Source of the DNA: Thermoanaerobaculia bacterium
Lineage (GTDB): Bacteria; Acidobacteriota; Thermoanaerobaculia; Multivoradales; JAGPDF01
Direction of reading: 5' to 3'
NCBI GenBank assembly: GCA_043737505.1
Contig: JAYTAM010000202.1
Coordinates: 1-37,076 of the forward strand
Length of the DNA stretch: 37,076 bases
Part shown: one piece after another, positions 23,024 through 30,556 of the stretch
How positions within the stretch are numbered: position 1 is the stretch's first letter
Layout of the letters: each line of letters begins with the position of its first letter
Program-made: the position numbers and the translations under genes
The notes under the pieces: generated by a model
Database searches by the model: none
Told to the model about the DNA's origin: nothing
Seen by the model: the letters and a program-made list of their open reading frames with translations, nothing else

Positions 23024-23625
23024 TTTACCCAATCCCAAAGGCGGCGAAGTTTGATTGCAGAAATCGTCTGTTGGTAGACGCCGTACATCCGAGCTATCGC
23101 GTGCTGCGAAACTCCCTCCGCGCATAGAGAGCGAATCCTGCGCACCGATTTCTCATTCAGTACCGCGTTCCACTTCGCGGAACCCCGCTGAATCGTCCCG
23201 TGCCGCTTTGCGTCGTCGACGTTCTCTTGGCGCGTTCCCCAGAGTAGGTTGGACCGGCGGTTATTCCGCCGTGTCCCGTCGTCGTGTCGCACCTCTTGAC
23301 CCGGAAGCGGAGCTTCACCGAAGGCCAGAAGCACTAGTTGGTGAACGTAGCGGCTGGTGTAACCGTTGACCCCAGGGCGATGAAGGTTCACGTACTCGTA
23401 GCCGTTGCTCTTCCCGACGCCCGGCTTCAAGATCCGGCCGCGGACTTTATGGCCGCGGTCGTCGAGCCGCGACAGCCCGCGCACTCGCCCCAAGTTACTG
23501 ACCTGGTACGAACCCCCGTACCCCACAACGTCCCGCCACTCTTCGGCGGCAAGCTCTTCGGGGGAGAACGCGCTAGCTTCTTCTGCGGGCCGACGCCGTG
23601 CGGTGGTAGACTCTTCGGCAGTCAT
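23020..23625 (-). CDS. NUMOD4/HNH_3 homing-endonuclease-like protein with C-terminal HTH (201 aa)
   Basis: EEWRDVVGYGGSYQVSNLGRVRG (NUMOD4), VHQLVLLAFGE..EVRHDDGTRRNNRRSNLLWGTRQEN (HNH_3), SQHAIARMYGVYQQTISAI (HTH). ATG 23625 with AGGAGG RBS. Lower GC than neighbours. Paralog at 35448..36047. Confidence 0.8.
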   Translation of the reverse strand: MTAEESTTARRRPAEEASAFSPEELAAEEWRDVVGYGGSYQVSNLGRVRGLSRLDDRGHKVRGRILKPGVGKSNGYEYVNLHRPGVNGYTSRYVHQLVLLAFGEAPLPGQEVRHDDGTRRNNRRSNLLWGTRQENVDDAKRHGTIQRGSAKWNAVLNEKSVRRIRSLCAEGVSQHAIARMYGVYQQTISAIKLRRLWDWVK

Positions 23626-23654
23626 CGAAACCTCCTGACCAGGTTCTCGGTGTA

Positions 23655-23689
23655 GATGCGGCAGGGGGCCGGAAACCCCTTGCCGCATC
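23655..23689 (-). other. stable 13-bp stem-loop immediately upstream of the HNH gene
   Basis: Minus strand reads GAUGCGGCAAGGGG-UUUCCGG-CCCCCUGCCGCAUC (one bulged A). No U-tract follows. Confidence 0.4.
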
Positions 23690-23693
23690 GCCA

Positions 23694-23930
23694 TTATACC
23701 GCGGTTTCCAGCTCGAAAACCGCTTCATCCTCAGCCAGAGAAACGTTTCCAAACGCCGAAACCGGTCGCCGCGCCAGCGCCCGCAAGAGCACGAGCGCAT
23801 ACCGTGACGGCGAGACATCGACCCATCCGCCGTCCAGCCCTTCGTACTTCTGCAAGCGAAGATCGTCGTCGGTCAGGACCTGAAACCGGGTGCCGCTGTC
23901 CGGATCGCGAAACTCCCGAGACTCGCTCAC
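23694..23930 (-). CDS. hypothetical protein (78 aa)
   Basis: Track ORF with GTG start in a GTGA overlap. Balanced composition. Confidence 0.55.
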   Translation of the reverse strand: MSESREFRDPDSGTRFQVLTDDDLRLQKYEGLDGGWVDVSPSRYALVLLRALARRPVSAFGNVSLAEDEAVFELETAV

Positions 23931-24205
23931 TTCGCCTCCGAGGGCGGGCCGAACTCCCGCAGAATGTTGCTCGCGGTCAGGTGGTCCCGGACGCTGTGCG
24001 CCGGGTCCCAGCTTCGGGAGCTGCTTTCGGCGAACAGGCCGGCGAAGAGATCGCGCACGTAACCGGCGGAGGAGAGCGCGGCGTTGATCCGCGCGGGTTC
24101 GTCGGCGGGCCGGTGGTCAGCGAGAATCAAGCCGCGAATCTCTTCGACGGTCAGCGTGGTCGCCCGCTCCTTGGCGTCCCGCCGGCTCATGGCGCAGCGG
24201 CTCAC
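23927..24205 (-). CDS. hypothetical protein (92 aa)
   Basis: Track ORF. GTG 24205 (GTGA overlap) or ATG 24190. Confidence 0.55.
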   Translation of the reverse strand: MSRCAMSRRDAKERATTLTVEEIRGLILADHRPADEPARINAALSSAGYVRDLFAGLFAESSSRSWDPAHSVRDHLTASNILREFGPPSEAK

Positions 24206-24450
24206 GCACCACCTCCCGCCGCCACGTCGCTGCGCCCCGTCTTCGGTTCACCGCCGGGACGCGGCAGCCGAGGCGGCATCCGGGCATCGAACTTCGCCCA
24301 AGCCACCAGCCCCACCATGCCGCGCAGCCGTTCGTAGAAGCGCGTCGTCTTCTCGCCGGGGTCGCCCTTCAAGAGAAGCGCGGCGAGGTGCTCGGTACCG
24401 GCTTCTAGGAGGCCTTCGATCTCGGCCTGGTCGATCAGGAGCTGGGGCAT
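24202..24450 (-). CDS. hypothetical protein (82 aa)
   Basis: Track ORF 24202..24771 trimmed to ATG 24450 (AAGGAG RBS). Upstream of it the frame is Arg/Pro junk that overlaps a better gene in another frame. Confidence 0.5.
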   Translation of the reverse strand: MPQLLIDQAEIEGLLEAGTEHLAALLLKGDPGEKTTRFYERLRGMVGLVAWAKFDARMPPRLPRPGGEPKTGRSDVAAGGGA

Positions 24451-24764
24451 GACGGTTCTCCTTTCCTGTCCGCCCGGCGGGCGCGTTCCGCGAGCTCCAG
24501 AAGTCGGCGACATCGGTCCCGTCCGAGCGCGTAGAACAGCGACACGAACAGCAGATCCCAGCCGCCGAAGGTCACGTGGTCGAAGCCCGGCACGGTGGCG
24601 CGCTTCCAGGGCTCTCGCTCTTTCGGGGCGGTCTTCGAGAACGTTGCGGCGTAGCGGCAGGAATCGCCTTCGACGACGCCGAGGTTGCCGATCTCGCCGA
24701 TGCCGAGCAGCTTGTTCCGGCTCGGCCCGTTGGCGGAAAGGAGGTCGAGCTGGACGCGGATCAT
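24435..24764 (-). CDS. hypothetical protein (109 aa)
   Basis: Track ORF with ATG start in an ATGA overlap. Sequence MIRVQLDLLSANGPSRNKLLGIGEIGNLGVVEGDSCRYAATF..WDLLFVSLFYAL. Confidence 0.6.
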   Translation of the reverse strand: MIRVQLDLLSANGPSRNKLLGIGEIGNLGVVEGDSCRYAATFSKTAPKEREPWKRATVPGFDHVTFGGWDLLFVSLFYALGRDRCRRLLELAERARRADRKGEPSCPSS

Positions 24765-25051
24765 GGGGCACCTCGCGAGGCTCTTTCGTTGAACTCCCGC
24801 CTCTCTCGCTCCGCCTTAGCTTCGGCCGCCACGTTCAGTTGCCGAAACTCCTCTCGGCTCCTCTCCTGCTGTTCGGCAACGGCGGCGTTCAGGCGGTCGA
24901 ACTCCTGTCGGCTCCGGGCTTCCTTGGCCTCGAAGGCGGCCCTCCATTGGTCCATCGTCCACTTCGGCTCCTGCACCTTCTCGGCGGACCTTGGCGCAGG
25001 CGCAGGGCAGGCCGAGAGGGCGATGATCAGAAGTCCAGCGAACCCCTTCAT
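24761..25051 (-). CDS. small lipoprotein with coiled-coil repeats (96 aa)
   Basis: MKGFAGLLIIALSAC carries an LSAC lipobox. The mature part has three related units: SRQEFDRLN, SREEFRQLN and ERREFNERA. Confidence 0.6.
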   Translation of the reverse strand: MKGFAGLLIIALSACPAPAPRSAEKVQEPKWTMDQWRAAFEAKEARSRQEFDRLNAAVAEQQERSREEFRQLNVAAEAKAERERREFNERASRGAP

Positions 25052-26190
25052 GACGCACCGTCCGGCGCTCTCTTGACGTCGCGATTGTGGATTAGCAGCG
25101 GCCCGCGGCCGTGCGTCTTGGCGAGCGCGTGAAATCGTTTCTGCGCCAGCTCCATCGTCGCCCAGGCTTCGCAGGCGAAGCCGCTAGCCCATGTGACGAT
25201 GAAGGCTTCGGCCGGAGCGACCGGCACCCGCTGATTCCACCGCTCGATCAGCTCCGCCCGCGCCTTGCCGGCCTCATCCTCGGTGCAACAGGCGAAGAGC
25301 TGGACGCAGGTGCGCGAGAGCGTCCCGGGGCAGAAGATCTTCAGGACCAGGTAGCCGGTGTCGGGGTTCCGCTCGGTCGTCGTGAGTGGGGCCTTTCCGC
25401 AGAGCGGACAGGGCTTGATCTTCGAGGACGGGTAGCCGGCTTGGCGGAGGTCTTCGGGGGCCATCTCCAGTTCAGTCGTGGGCAGTGCCGCCGCGCGGAA
25501 CTCCTGCGGGGAGCGCGAGCCTTCGGCCGCGGGCGAAAGAACCTCCCGAGTAAGCGCGTCGCCCTGTTCGGCGAGCGTGGTCCCGGCTCGCGGGCCGATA
25601 CAAAGAGGCAGCCGAGGTATGTGCCGCATCGTGATTCCGCAGACCTTGCACCGGCTGTTGAGGCTTACGTTTTCATCGAAGCTATGCCCGCGCGGCGCGG
25701 TCGGCCGCGAAGACAGATCACGCGCGCAATCCCGGATCGCCCGGTGTGCCTGCGCCAGTTCCCCCTGCATCGCCTTCGCCTCGCGGAAAACGTTGAGGAG
25801 AGCGTCGAAACCATCCTCGCCGATTGGGATGCCGAGGTCGCGCAACCTCACATCTCGCTTGGCGTTCTCTTGGCAGCGGCGCCCCGCTTCTTTCTTGAGG
25901 TTCTTGAACCGCGTCGCCAGATCCTCGAACGAATCGCAGCCGAGGTCGTCGATGATCTCCCGTTGCTTCCTGCCCTCGGCACAGTAGGAGCGGATTTCGC
26001 CGATCGCTTCGTCGCGCTCGGACAGCACGTCCGCCAGCTTCTCCAGAAGCATCAAGCCGAAGCGCCCCGGGTCAACCGCCGTCCACCATTCGCTCTGCTT
26101 CTGCCGGAGCACCGGAAAGCGTCCCTCCCGCTTCAGGGAGAACGGACCGCCGGGGAAGTTGAGGATGAACGACTCAGGAGTCCTTGGCAT
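25048..26190 (-). CDS. multi-zinc-ribbon protein (380 aa) with Lar-like (restriction-alleviation-type) domain
   Basis: Residues about 258-322 (IKPCPLCGKAP..YLVLKIFCPG..CTEDEAGKARAELIERWNQRV) match the Lar-family pattern CPxCG..C..C..eeA..WNxR. There is an additional CKVCG..PLC ribbon. The N-terminal 250 aa are unassigned. Confidence 0.6.
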   Translation of the reverse strand: MPRTPESFILNFPGGPFSLKREGRFPVLRQKQSEWWTAVDPGRFGLMLLEKLADVLSERDEAIGEIRSYCAEGRKQREIIDDLGCDSFEDLATRFKNLKKEAGRRCQENAKRDVRLRDLGIPIGEDGFDALLNVFREAKAMQGELAQAHRAIRDCARDLSSRPTAPRGHSFDENVSLNSRCKVCGITMRHIPRLPLCIGPRAGTTLAEQGDALTREVLSPAAEGSRSPQEFRAAALPTTELEMAPEDLRQAGYPSSKIKPCPLCGKAPLTTTERNPDTGYLVLKIFCPGTLSRTCVQLFACCTEDEAGKARAELIERWNQRVPVAPAEAFIVTWASGFACEAWATMELAQKRFHALAKTHGRGPLLIHNRDVKRAPDGAS

Positions 26191-26887
26191 CGCCCTCTCC
26201 TTCCGCGGCCTTGACCGCCTTGACCTTCTTGGGCCGCGCCGCCTTCAGATCGGACGGGTTGATTCTGAACGTTTTATCCAGCTTCTCGGTCGGCCAGTTC
26301 TTCCGAAGCCCGCACTCGCCGCACCGCTCGCTTTCGCCGACCATCTTCCGCGACACCGCCGTCAGATAGCCCTCGGCATCGTTGAATGACGTGACCGTGA
26401 CCGTCTTCCCTTGCCAAGGGAAGCTGAAGCCCAGCGCCAGCCGGGACCGTCTCCGCTTCTCGTCTCCACGGTGGACGAACGAGCCGGCCGAGCTATTGAG
26501 CCGAACGCCATCGGCCCGGAACGGCTTGCGGTTGAAGTACGACTCGAATGCTTCGATGAAAGAGGCGTTCTCGACCTGCACCGCCATGGCGTAGAGACCC
26601 TCCCATCCGTTCTCACCGAGCCATCGGCCGGCGCGGTAGCTCTGATCGATGTAGTCGACGTCGAACTCCCGGAACGTCATGCCGGAGCCGACCGCGAGCC
26701 GCAGGGCTGTCATCATCGCGTTGTTCAGTCGCGTCCAGGAATGGTCGGTACTGTCGTTCGCCCCCGACCAGGCGAGGTCGAGAATCTGAATCGGCGTGGA
26801 TCCCGCGCCGGCCCTTTCGCCGCGCGGCGCGTTGTCGTAGACGGCGAGAGTCAGGGCTTCGCCGGTCGGTCGCTTGATGTCGCTCAA
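26174..26887 (-). CDS. hypothetical protein (237 aa)
   Basis: Track ORF 26174..27118 trimmed to TTG 26887 (TTGA overlap with the upstream stop; GGAGGT 6 nt upstream). The longer N-terminus is Arg/Gly junk. C-terminal CGECG ribbon and Lys-rich tail. Confidence 0.55.
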   Translation of the reverse strand: MSDIKRPTGEALTLAVYDNAPRGERAGAGSTPIQILDLAWSGANDSTDHSWTRLNNAMMTALRLAVGSGMTFREFDVDYIDQSYRAGRWLGENGWEGLYAMAVQVENASFIEAFESYFNRKPFRADGVRLNSSAGSFVHRGDEKRRRSRLALGFSFPWQGKTVTVTSFNDAEGYLTAVSRKMVGESERCGECGLRKNWPTEKLDKTFRINPSDLKAARPKKVKAVKAAEGEGDAKDS

Positions 26888-27351
26888 GAGGCTACCTCCG
26901 GCGCTTCCGCGATGCCACCGCTGATCAACGCCGCGAAGCGTTCGACCCCGACCACGGCTTCCGTGTACAAACTCGATTCGGATGCCTCCGAACAAAAAGT
27001 CCCTTTCGGGTCTCCGCCGCAGGCTAAGCAGTATTCGTCGACTGCCTCCCAGAACCCTTCTGGCGAAGTGCCGGGTGGCTTTGGCGGCACGGCCTTTTCT
27101 CGCTCGATCTTCTCCCATGCTTTGCGGTAAGCGGCCTGGTAAGTCGCCGCGCTACGCGTCATGCCGCGCGCCTCGAAGAACTCGCAAACCTCTCGCCAGG
27201 AAAACCCCTTCTCGTCCACCAGGACGAGGATTACGGCGGCGTAACTGCGGACACCGGGGGCCGCTACCGGTTGTTCCTTGGCAGCCTCCTTTTGGGCCTC
27301 GCTCAAAAGCGCCGCAGGGTCGGGAAACGTGGTGCCCAGGCGGGCGCTCAC
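26884..27351 (-). CDS. hypothetical protein (155 aa), possible HTH
   Basis: Track ORF trimmed to GTG 27351 (GTGA overlap with the ATPase stop). SYAAVILVLVDEKGFSWREVCEFFEARGMTRSAATYQAAYRKAWEKI looks like an HTH. Confidence 0.5.
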   Translation of the reverse strand: MSARLGTTFPDPAALLSEAQKEAAKEQPVAAPGVRSYAAVILVLVDEKGFSWREVCEFFEARGMTRSAATYQAAYRKAWEKIEREKAVPPKPPGTSPEGFWEAVDEYCLACGGDPKGTFCSEASESSLYTEAVVGVERFAALISGGIAEAPEVAS

Positions 27352-29453
27352 GCGACACCGCCTTCCGCCGGCTCGATCTTTTCGAGCACGAGATCCTCTG
27401 GGTCGCCGGCCCGTCGGGGCCTCTCTGACAGGATCGTGAGCTGGGAATCCACGGCCCGCCGAGCGAGGGACCGGAGCGTCGCTTCGTCGAAGGCCGCCGT
27501 GATCCCCCACGGCACCTCGATCCAAGCGCCTTGCCCGGTCGCGCGGTCGAAGAGCAGGGTCAGGAACGCCTCCCGCAGTTCACCCGCTGAGATCCCGGCC
27601 ACGTCGTCGACGTGCCGCCACTCGACCTCACCGGCCACCTGTACCCGCTCGGCGATGAAGCGCTCCAGGTTCAACCCGAGCCCGGAACCGTCCGCGAGGT
27701 TCTTCGCGGCGGCTTCGTCGAGCCAGCCGGTCTCGGTGCGGTTCAGCGTACCGTCCGGGCCGAACCCGATGAACAGGTCGGAGCCTTCGACCGCGAGATA
27801 CGGCAGCCGTAGGTGCAACGTCACGAGACCGCCCAACCGCCCCCAGACGGCCTTCGCCGCGGCGCGGTAGGCGGCGCCGAGGGTGTCGACCCGTTCGAGC
27901 AGCTTGCCGGCTTCCTCGCGGGTGAGCGAGGCGGCGGCGACCTCCTTCGAGTAGGCGTAGAGGGCGGCCTGAGCCTCGAAGTCGGCGATGGCCTTCGCGG
28001 CCTCTTCCAGGCGTTCCGGGGTGGGGCGGTCGATCGGGGCGGCAAGAGAGGTTTCCAGATCGGCCCGCTCGGCGTGGATCTTCTCGGCGGTGGCAACGGC
28101 TTTCGCGGCGCGTTCGGATTCCGTGTCGCAAAGCTCACGGCGCTCGCCGGCAGCTTCGGCTTCCCGCTGCGCGTCGACGTTGACCGCGTGGGCGGCGGCC
28201 TTCTCCAGGTTCGCAGCAAGATGGGTAGCGTCGGCGGTGCGGGCCTTGGTCAGCCAATGCTCGACCTGGTCAAGATCGGCACCGTGGTCGCGTTCCGGAA
28301 CCTTCCCGAACAGACTTGAGACGGCAACCGCGCGCAGCGCCAGCTCTTCGATCGCTTGTTTTGCCGCGGCGTGCTCGACCAGCGCGCTGCCGGCCGCGTC
28401 GCTCGCCGCCTGCTTGGCGTTGTAGGCGGCGAGCAGTAGTCCGTCTTCTAGCTGCTTGGCCGCCTCGGCTTCCGCCTCGGCTTCCGCGGACTCGCTTCGC
28501 AGGAGCGCCAGGTCCGGCACCACCATCGCCGCGAGCTGCCCGCGCAGCCCCTCGCGCCGGGCCTCTTCCTCTTCCGCCGCGGTCATGCTGGCCCGGAGCC
28601 CCGCCAACTTCTCCCGCGCCAAACCGACCAGCCCGTTCGTCGGCGCCGGTCCGCCCGCGACCGACCGCACCTCGGCGATCGTCGGCCGCTCAGCGCGCCC
28701 CTGCGGCAACCGCGACCAGGTGGATTCGAGCACCGCCGCCGCACCGTCCAGCGTCGTCCGCTGCGCGCCGGAGGCGTGCTCGCAGGTGTTGCCCGCCTTG
28801 TTGAGCGCGTCCGCGAGGGTAGACGCCGCGTCCAGGATGCTCTTTCCCGACCAGTCCTCACCGGTCAGGGCGTTTCGCAGCGCCTCGGCGTCCCGCAGGG
28901 GCACCACGACCGCCCGGCCGCGGGTCTGTGCCTTGGCCGCGAGCCGTGCGACGGCCTCGATCTCCGCGTCGGTCAGGTCGGCGAACGCGAGGTCCGGCGA
29001 CTCCAAACCCTTGAGCAACTCGCCGAGGTGCGCTTCGGCGGGTAGCGGCGCGAGAGTGAGCAGCCCCTTCAGCCTGGCGATGCCGCGAGCCTTCGGGTCG
29101 ATGATTCCCGGATCGACCAGCGTGCCGATCGGGTTGGGCATCTCTTCCAGGGTCGGAGCATCCGCGACCCGGTCCCGCACGACCTCCGTCGAGCCGCCGA
29201 CCGAACGCCGGAACGTGACGGAGCTTTCCCCCACCTGAAGACGGGCGAACGTCTCGCCCTCTGAAATACTCGCCCCCAGCGGCCCGGCAAGGGCGTCAAG
29301 CTTGCCCTTGAGACCCCGCAGTAGCCGGAGGTGAGTGGACTTCCCCCCAGCCTTCTCGCCGACGAAGTTGTACCAGCCCGGCCCGTCGATCGCCCCCAGG
29401 TCGTGCAGGCCCAAGGCGGGGCCGATGTTTTCGGACAGCAACGGAATTCTCAT
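27348..29453 (-). CDS. SMC/Rad50/SbcC-like coiled-coil ATPase (701 aa)
   Basis: Track ORF trimmed to ATG 29453 (GGGGAGAAG RBS). N-terminal Walker A GEKAGGKST. About 400 aa of Ala/Glu/Leu-rich coiled coil. C-terminal signature-like GISAGE plus an acidic AAFDE segment. Confidence 0.65.
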   Translation of the reverse strand: MRIPLLSENIGPALGLHDLGAIDGPGWYNFVGEKAGGKSTHLRLLRGLKGKLDALAGPLGASISEGETFARLQVGESSVTFRRSVGGSTEVVRDRVADAPTLEEMPNPIGTLVDPGIIDPKARGIARLKGLLTLAPLPAEAHLGELLKGLESPDLAFADLTDAEIEAVARLAAKAQTRGRAVVVPLRDAEALRNALTGEDWSGKSILDAASTLADALNKAGNTCEHASGAQRTTLDGAAAVLESTWSRLPQGRAERPTIAEVRSVAGGPAPTNGLVGLAREKLAGLRASMTAAEEEEARREGLRGQLAAMVVPDLALLRSESAEAEAEAEAAKQLEDGLLLAAYNAKQAASDAAGSALVEHAAAKQAIEELALRAVAVSSLFGKVPERDHGADLDQVEHWLTKARTADATHLAANLEKAAAHAVNVDAQREAEAAGERRELCDTESERAAKAVATAEKIHAERADLETSLAAPIDRPTPERLEEAAKAIADFEAQAALYAYSKEVAAASLTREEAGKLLERVDTLGAAYRAAAKAVWGRLGGLVTLHLRLPYLAVEGSDLFIGFGPDGTLNRTETGWLDEAAAKNLADGSGLGLNLERFIAERVQVAGEVEWRHVDDVAGISAGELREAFLTLLFDRATGQGAWIEVPWGITAAFDEATLRSLARRAVDSQLTILSERPRRAGDPEDLVLEKIEPAEGGVA

Positions 29454-29488
29454 GTTCACTTCTCCCCGTGAGTGGTTGTGGCCCCGCC

Positions 29489-30400
29489 CTACGCCGCTGC
29501 AGCTTCGACCCGCGCGGCTTCCTGCAATTGGTGCATGCCGGCCAACGCGAGCCCGGCCCATCGATCCCGCGGTGTCCCCGCCAAAGCGAGCCCGGGAAGG
29601 CTGCGCGCTTCGACCTGGCACAAGGCCGCGACGCGCCTCAACCGCGCCCGGAGGTCCGGCTCGGTGTGAGCCTTGGACCAGGGCGCAGCCCCCGCCCCCG
29701 GCGTCGCCTTGCCGCGCGAGACGGCCTCGGCAAGGTCGGTGTCGGTCATCCCCCGCAACAGCGCGAAGAGCGTCCGCGCGTAGCCGAACGGAATAGAAGA
29801 GCCGTCCGGCTGAAGCACTCCGCCAGTGGTTTTGTCCGCCAGCGCCAGCATCTCGCCGATCTCCGCAAGCCTCGCGCGGTCGGCGGCCGGGATCGCGGGC
29901 AAGAACGTCTGACCCTCGCGAGCCTTCCGTCCCCGCGGCGCCTTCGGCTTGCGATTGGCCCGGCCGCGACGAGTGCCGCCGACGACGCCCTCCGCTTCAT
30001 CCGCCGCCTTCAGGGCGGCGTAGCCCTCAAAGGCGAGCCGCTCCCGGTCAGGCGCTGGAATGCCGGCGAGTAGCAGCCGCGGGAGATGCTTCTCCAGCAC
30101 CCCGACCGCCTTGGCCGCAGCCTTCAGTCGAGCATGGAGCGCGGGCTCGATGAAAACGTGCCTCAGGTTCGTGACCGCAGGAAGCGCCGCGCGATCCCTG
30201 CCGAAGGCCACGCGGGCGACCAGTTCTTCCAGGGTACCGGCCCGCGCGAGACAGGCGGCCACCCCGGGCCACTTGAACCGACGCCGCGATCCGATCCGGG
30301 CGTCTTCGGTGTTGAGTTTGGCCGCGATCAGGCCGAGCTGCGCCTGGTCCGCTTGCGAGATATTGATGAGCCCGATTTGCGCCCTTTGCAGTCTTCCCAC
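29489..30400 (-). CDS. first gene of the leftward operon; hypothetical protein (303 aa) with internal helix-rich repeats
   Basis: Track ORF with GTG 30400 and GGGGAGGG upstream. Repeated units such as HVFIEPALHARLKAAAKAVG..LLLAGIPAPDRERLA and HTEPDLRARLRRVAALCQ..LALAGTPRDRWA. No family recognised. Confidence 0.6.
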   Translation of the reverse strand: MGRLQRAQIGLINISQADQAQLGLIAAKLNTEDARIGSRRRFKWPGVAACLARAGTLEELVARVAFGRDRAALPAVTNLRHVFIEPALHARLKAAAKAVGVLEKHLPRLLLAGIPAPDRERLAFEGYAALKAADEAEGVVGGTRRGRANRKPKAPRGRKAREGQTFLPAIPAADRARLAEIGEMLALADKTTGGVLQPDGSSIPFGYARTLFALLRGMTDTDLAEAVSRGKATPGAGAAPWSKAHTEPDLRARLRRVAALCQVEARSLPGLALAGTPRDRWAGLALAGMHQLQEAARVEAAAA

Positions 30401-30447
30401 GGTTCCTGACCCTCCCCGTTCGGCCGAGCTTGGCCGGTACGGGAGGA

Positions 30448-30476
30448 AAGATACCGCAAGGCGTAGCGCGTGTCAA
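30448..30476 (-). promoter_or_regulatory. leftward early promoter TTGACA-N17-TATCTT
   Basis: Minus strand reads GGGATTGACA-CGCGCTACGCCTTGCGG-TATCTTTCC. It lies 47 nt upstream of GTG 30400. Confidence 0.6.
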
Positions 30477-30500
30477 TCCCTTGGCGGTAGCTATTCGGGC

Positions 30501-30529
30501 TTGACATGTTGAAACTGGCGCGGTATCTT
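30501..30529 (+). promoter_or_regulatory. rightward early promoter TTGACA-N17-TATCTT
   Basis: Plus strand reads GGGCTTGACA-TGTTGAAACTGGCGCGG-TATCTTTTG. It lies 27 nt upstream of ATG 30557, which has AGGGAGGA as RBS. Confidence 0.6.
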
Positions 30530-30556
30530 TTGCCTGTCGAAAGGGAGGAACGAACG

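Noticed and set aside
21372-26214. Long + strand ORFs 21372..22346, 24449..25132 and 25111..26214
   Set aside because: They are antisense shadows of the RecT, exonuclease, small-lipoprotein and Lar-like protein genes. Their composition is Arg/Gly/Pro-rich.
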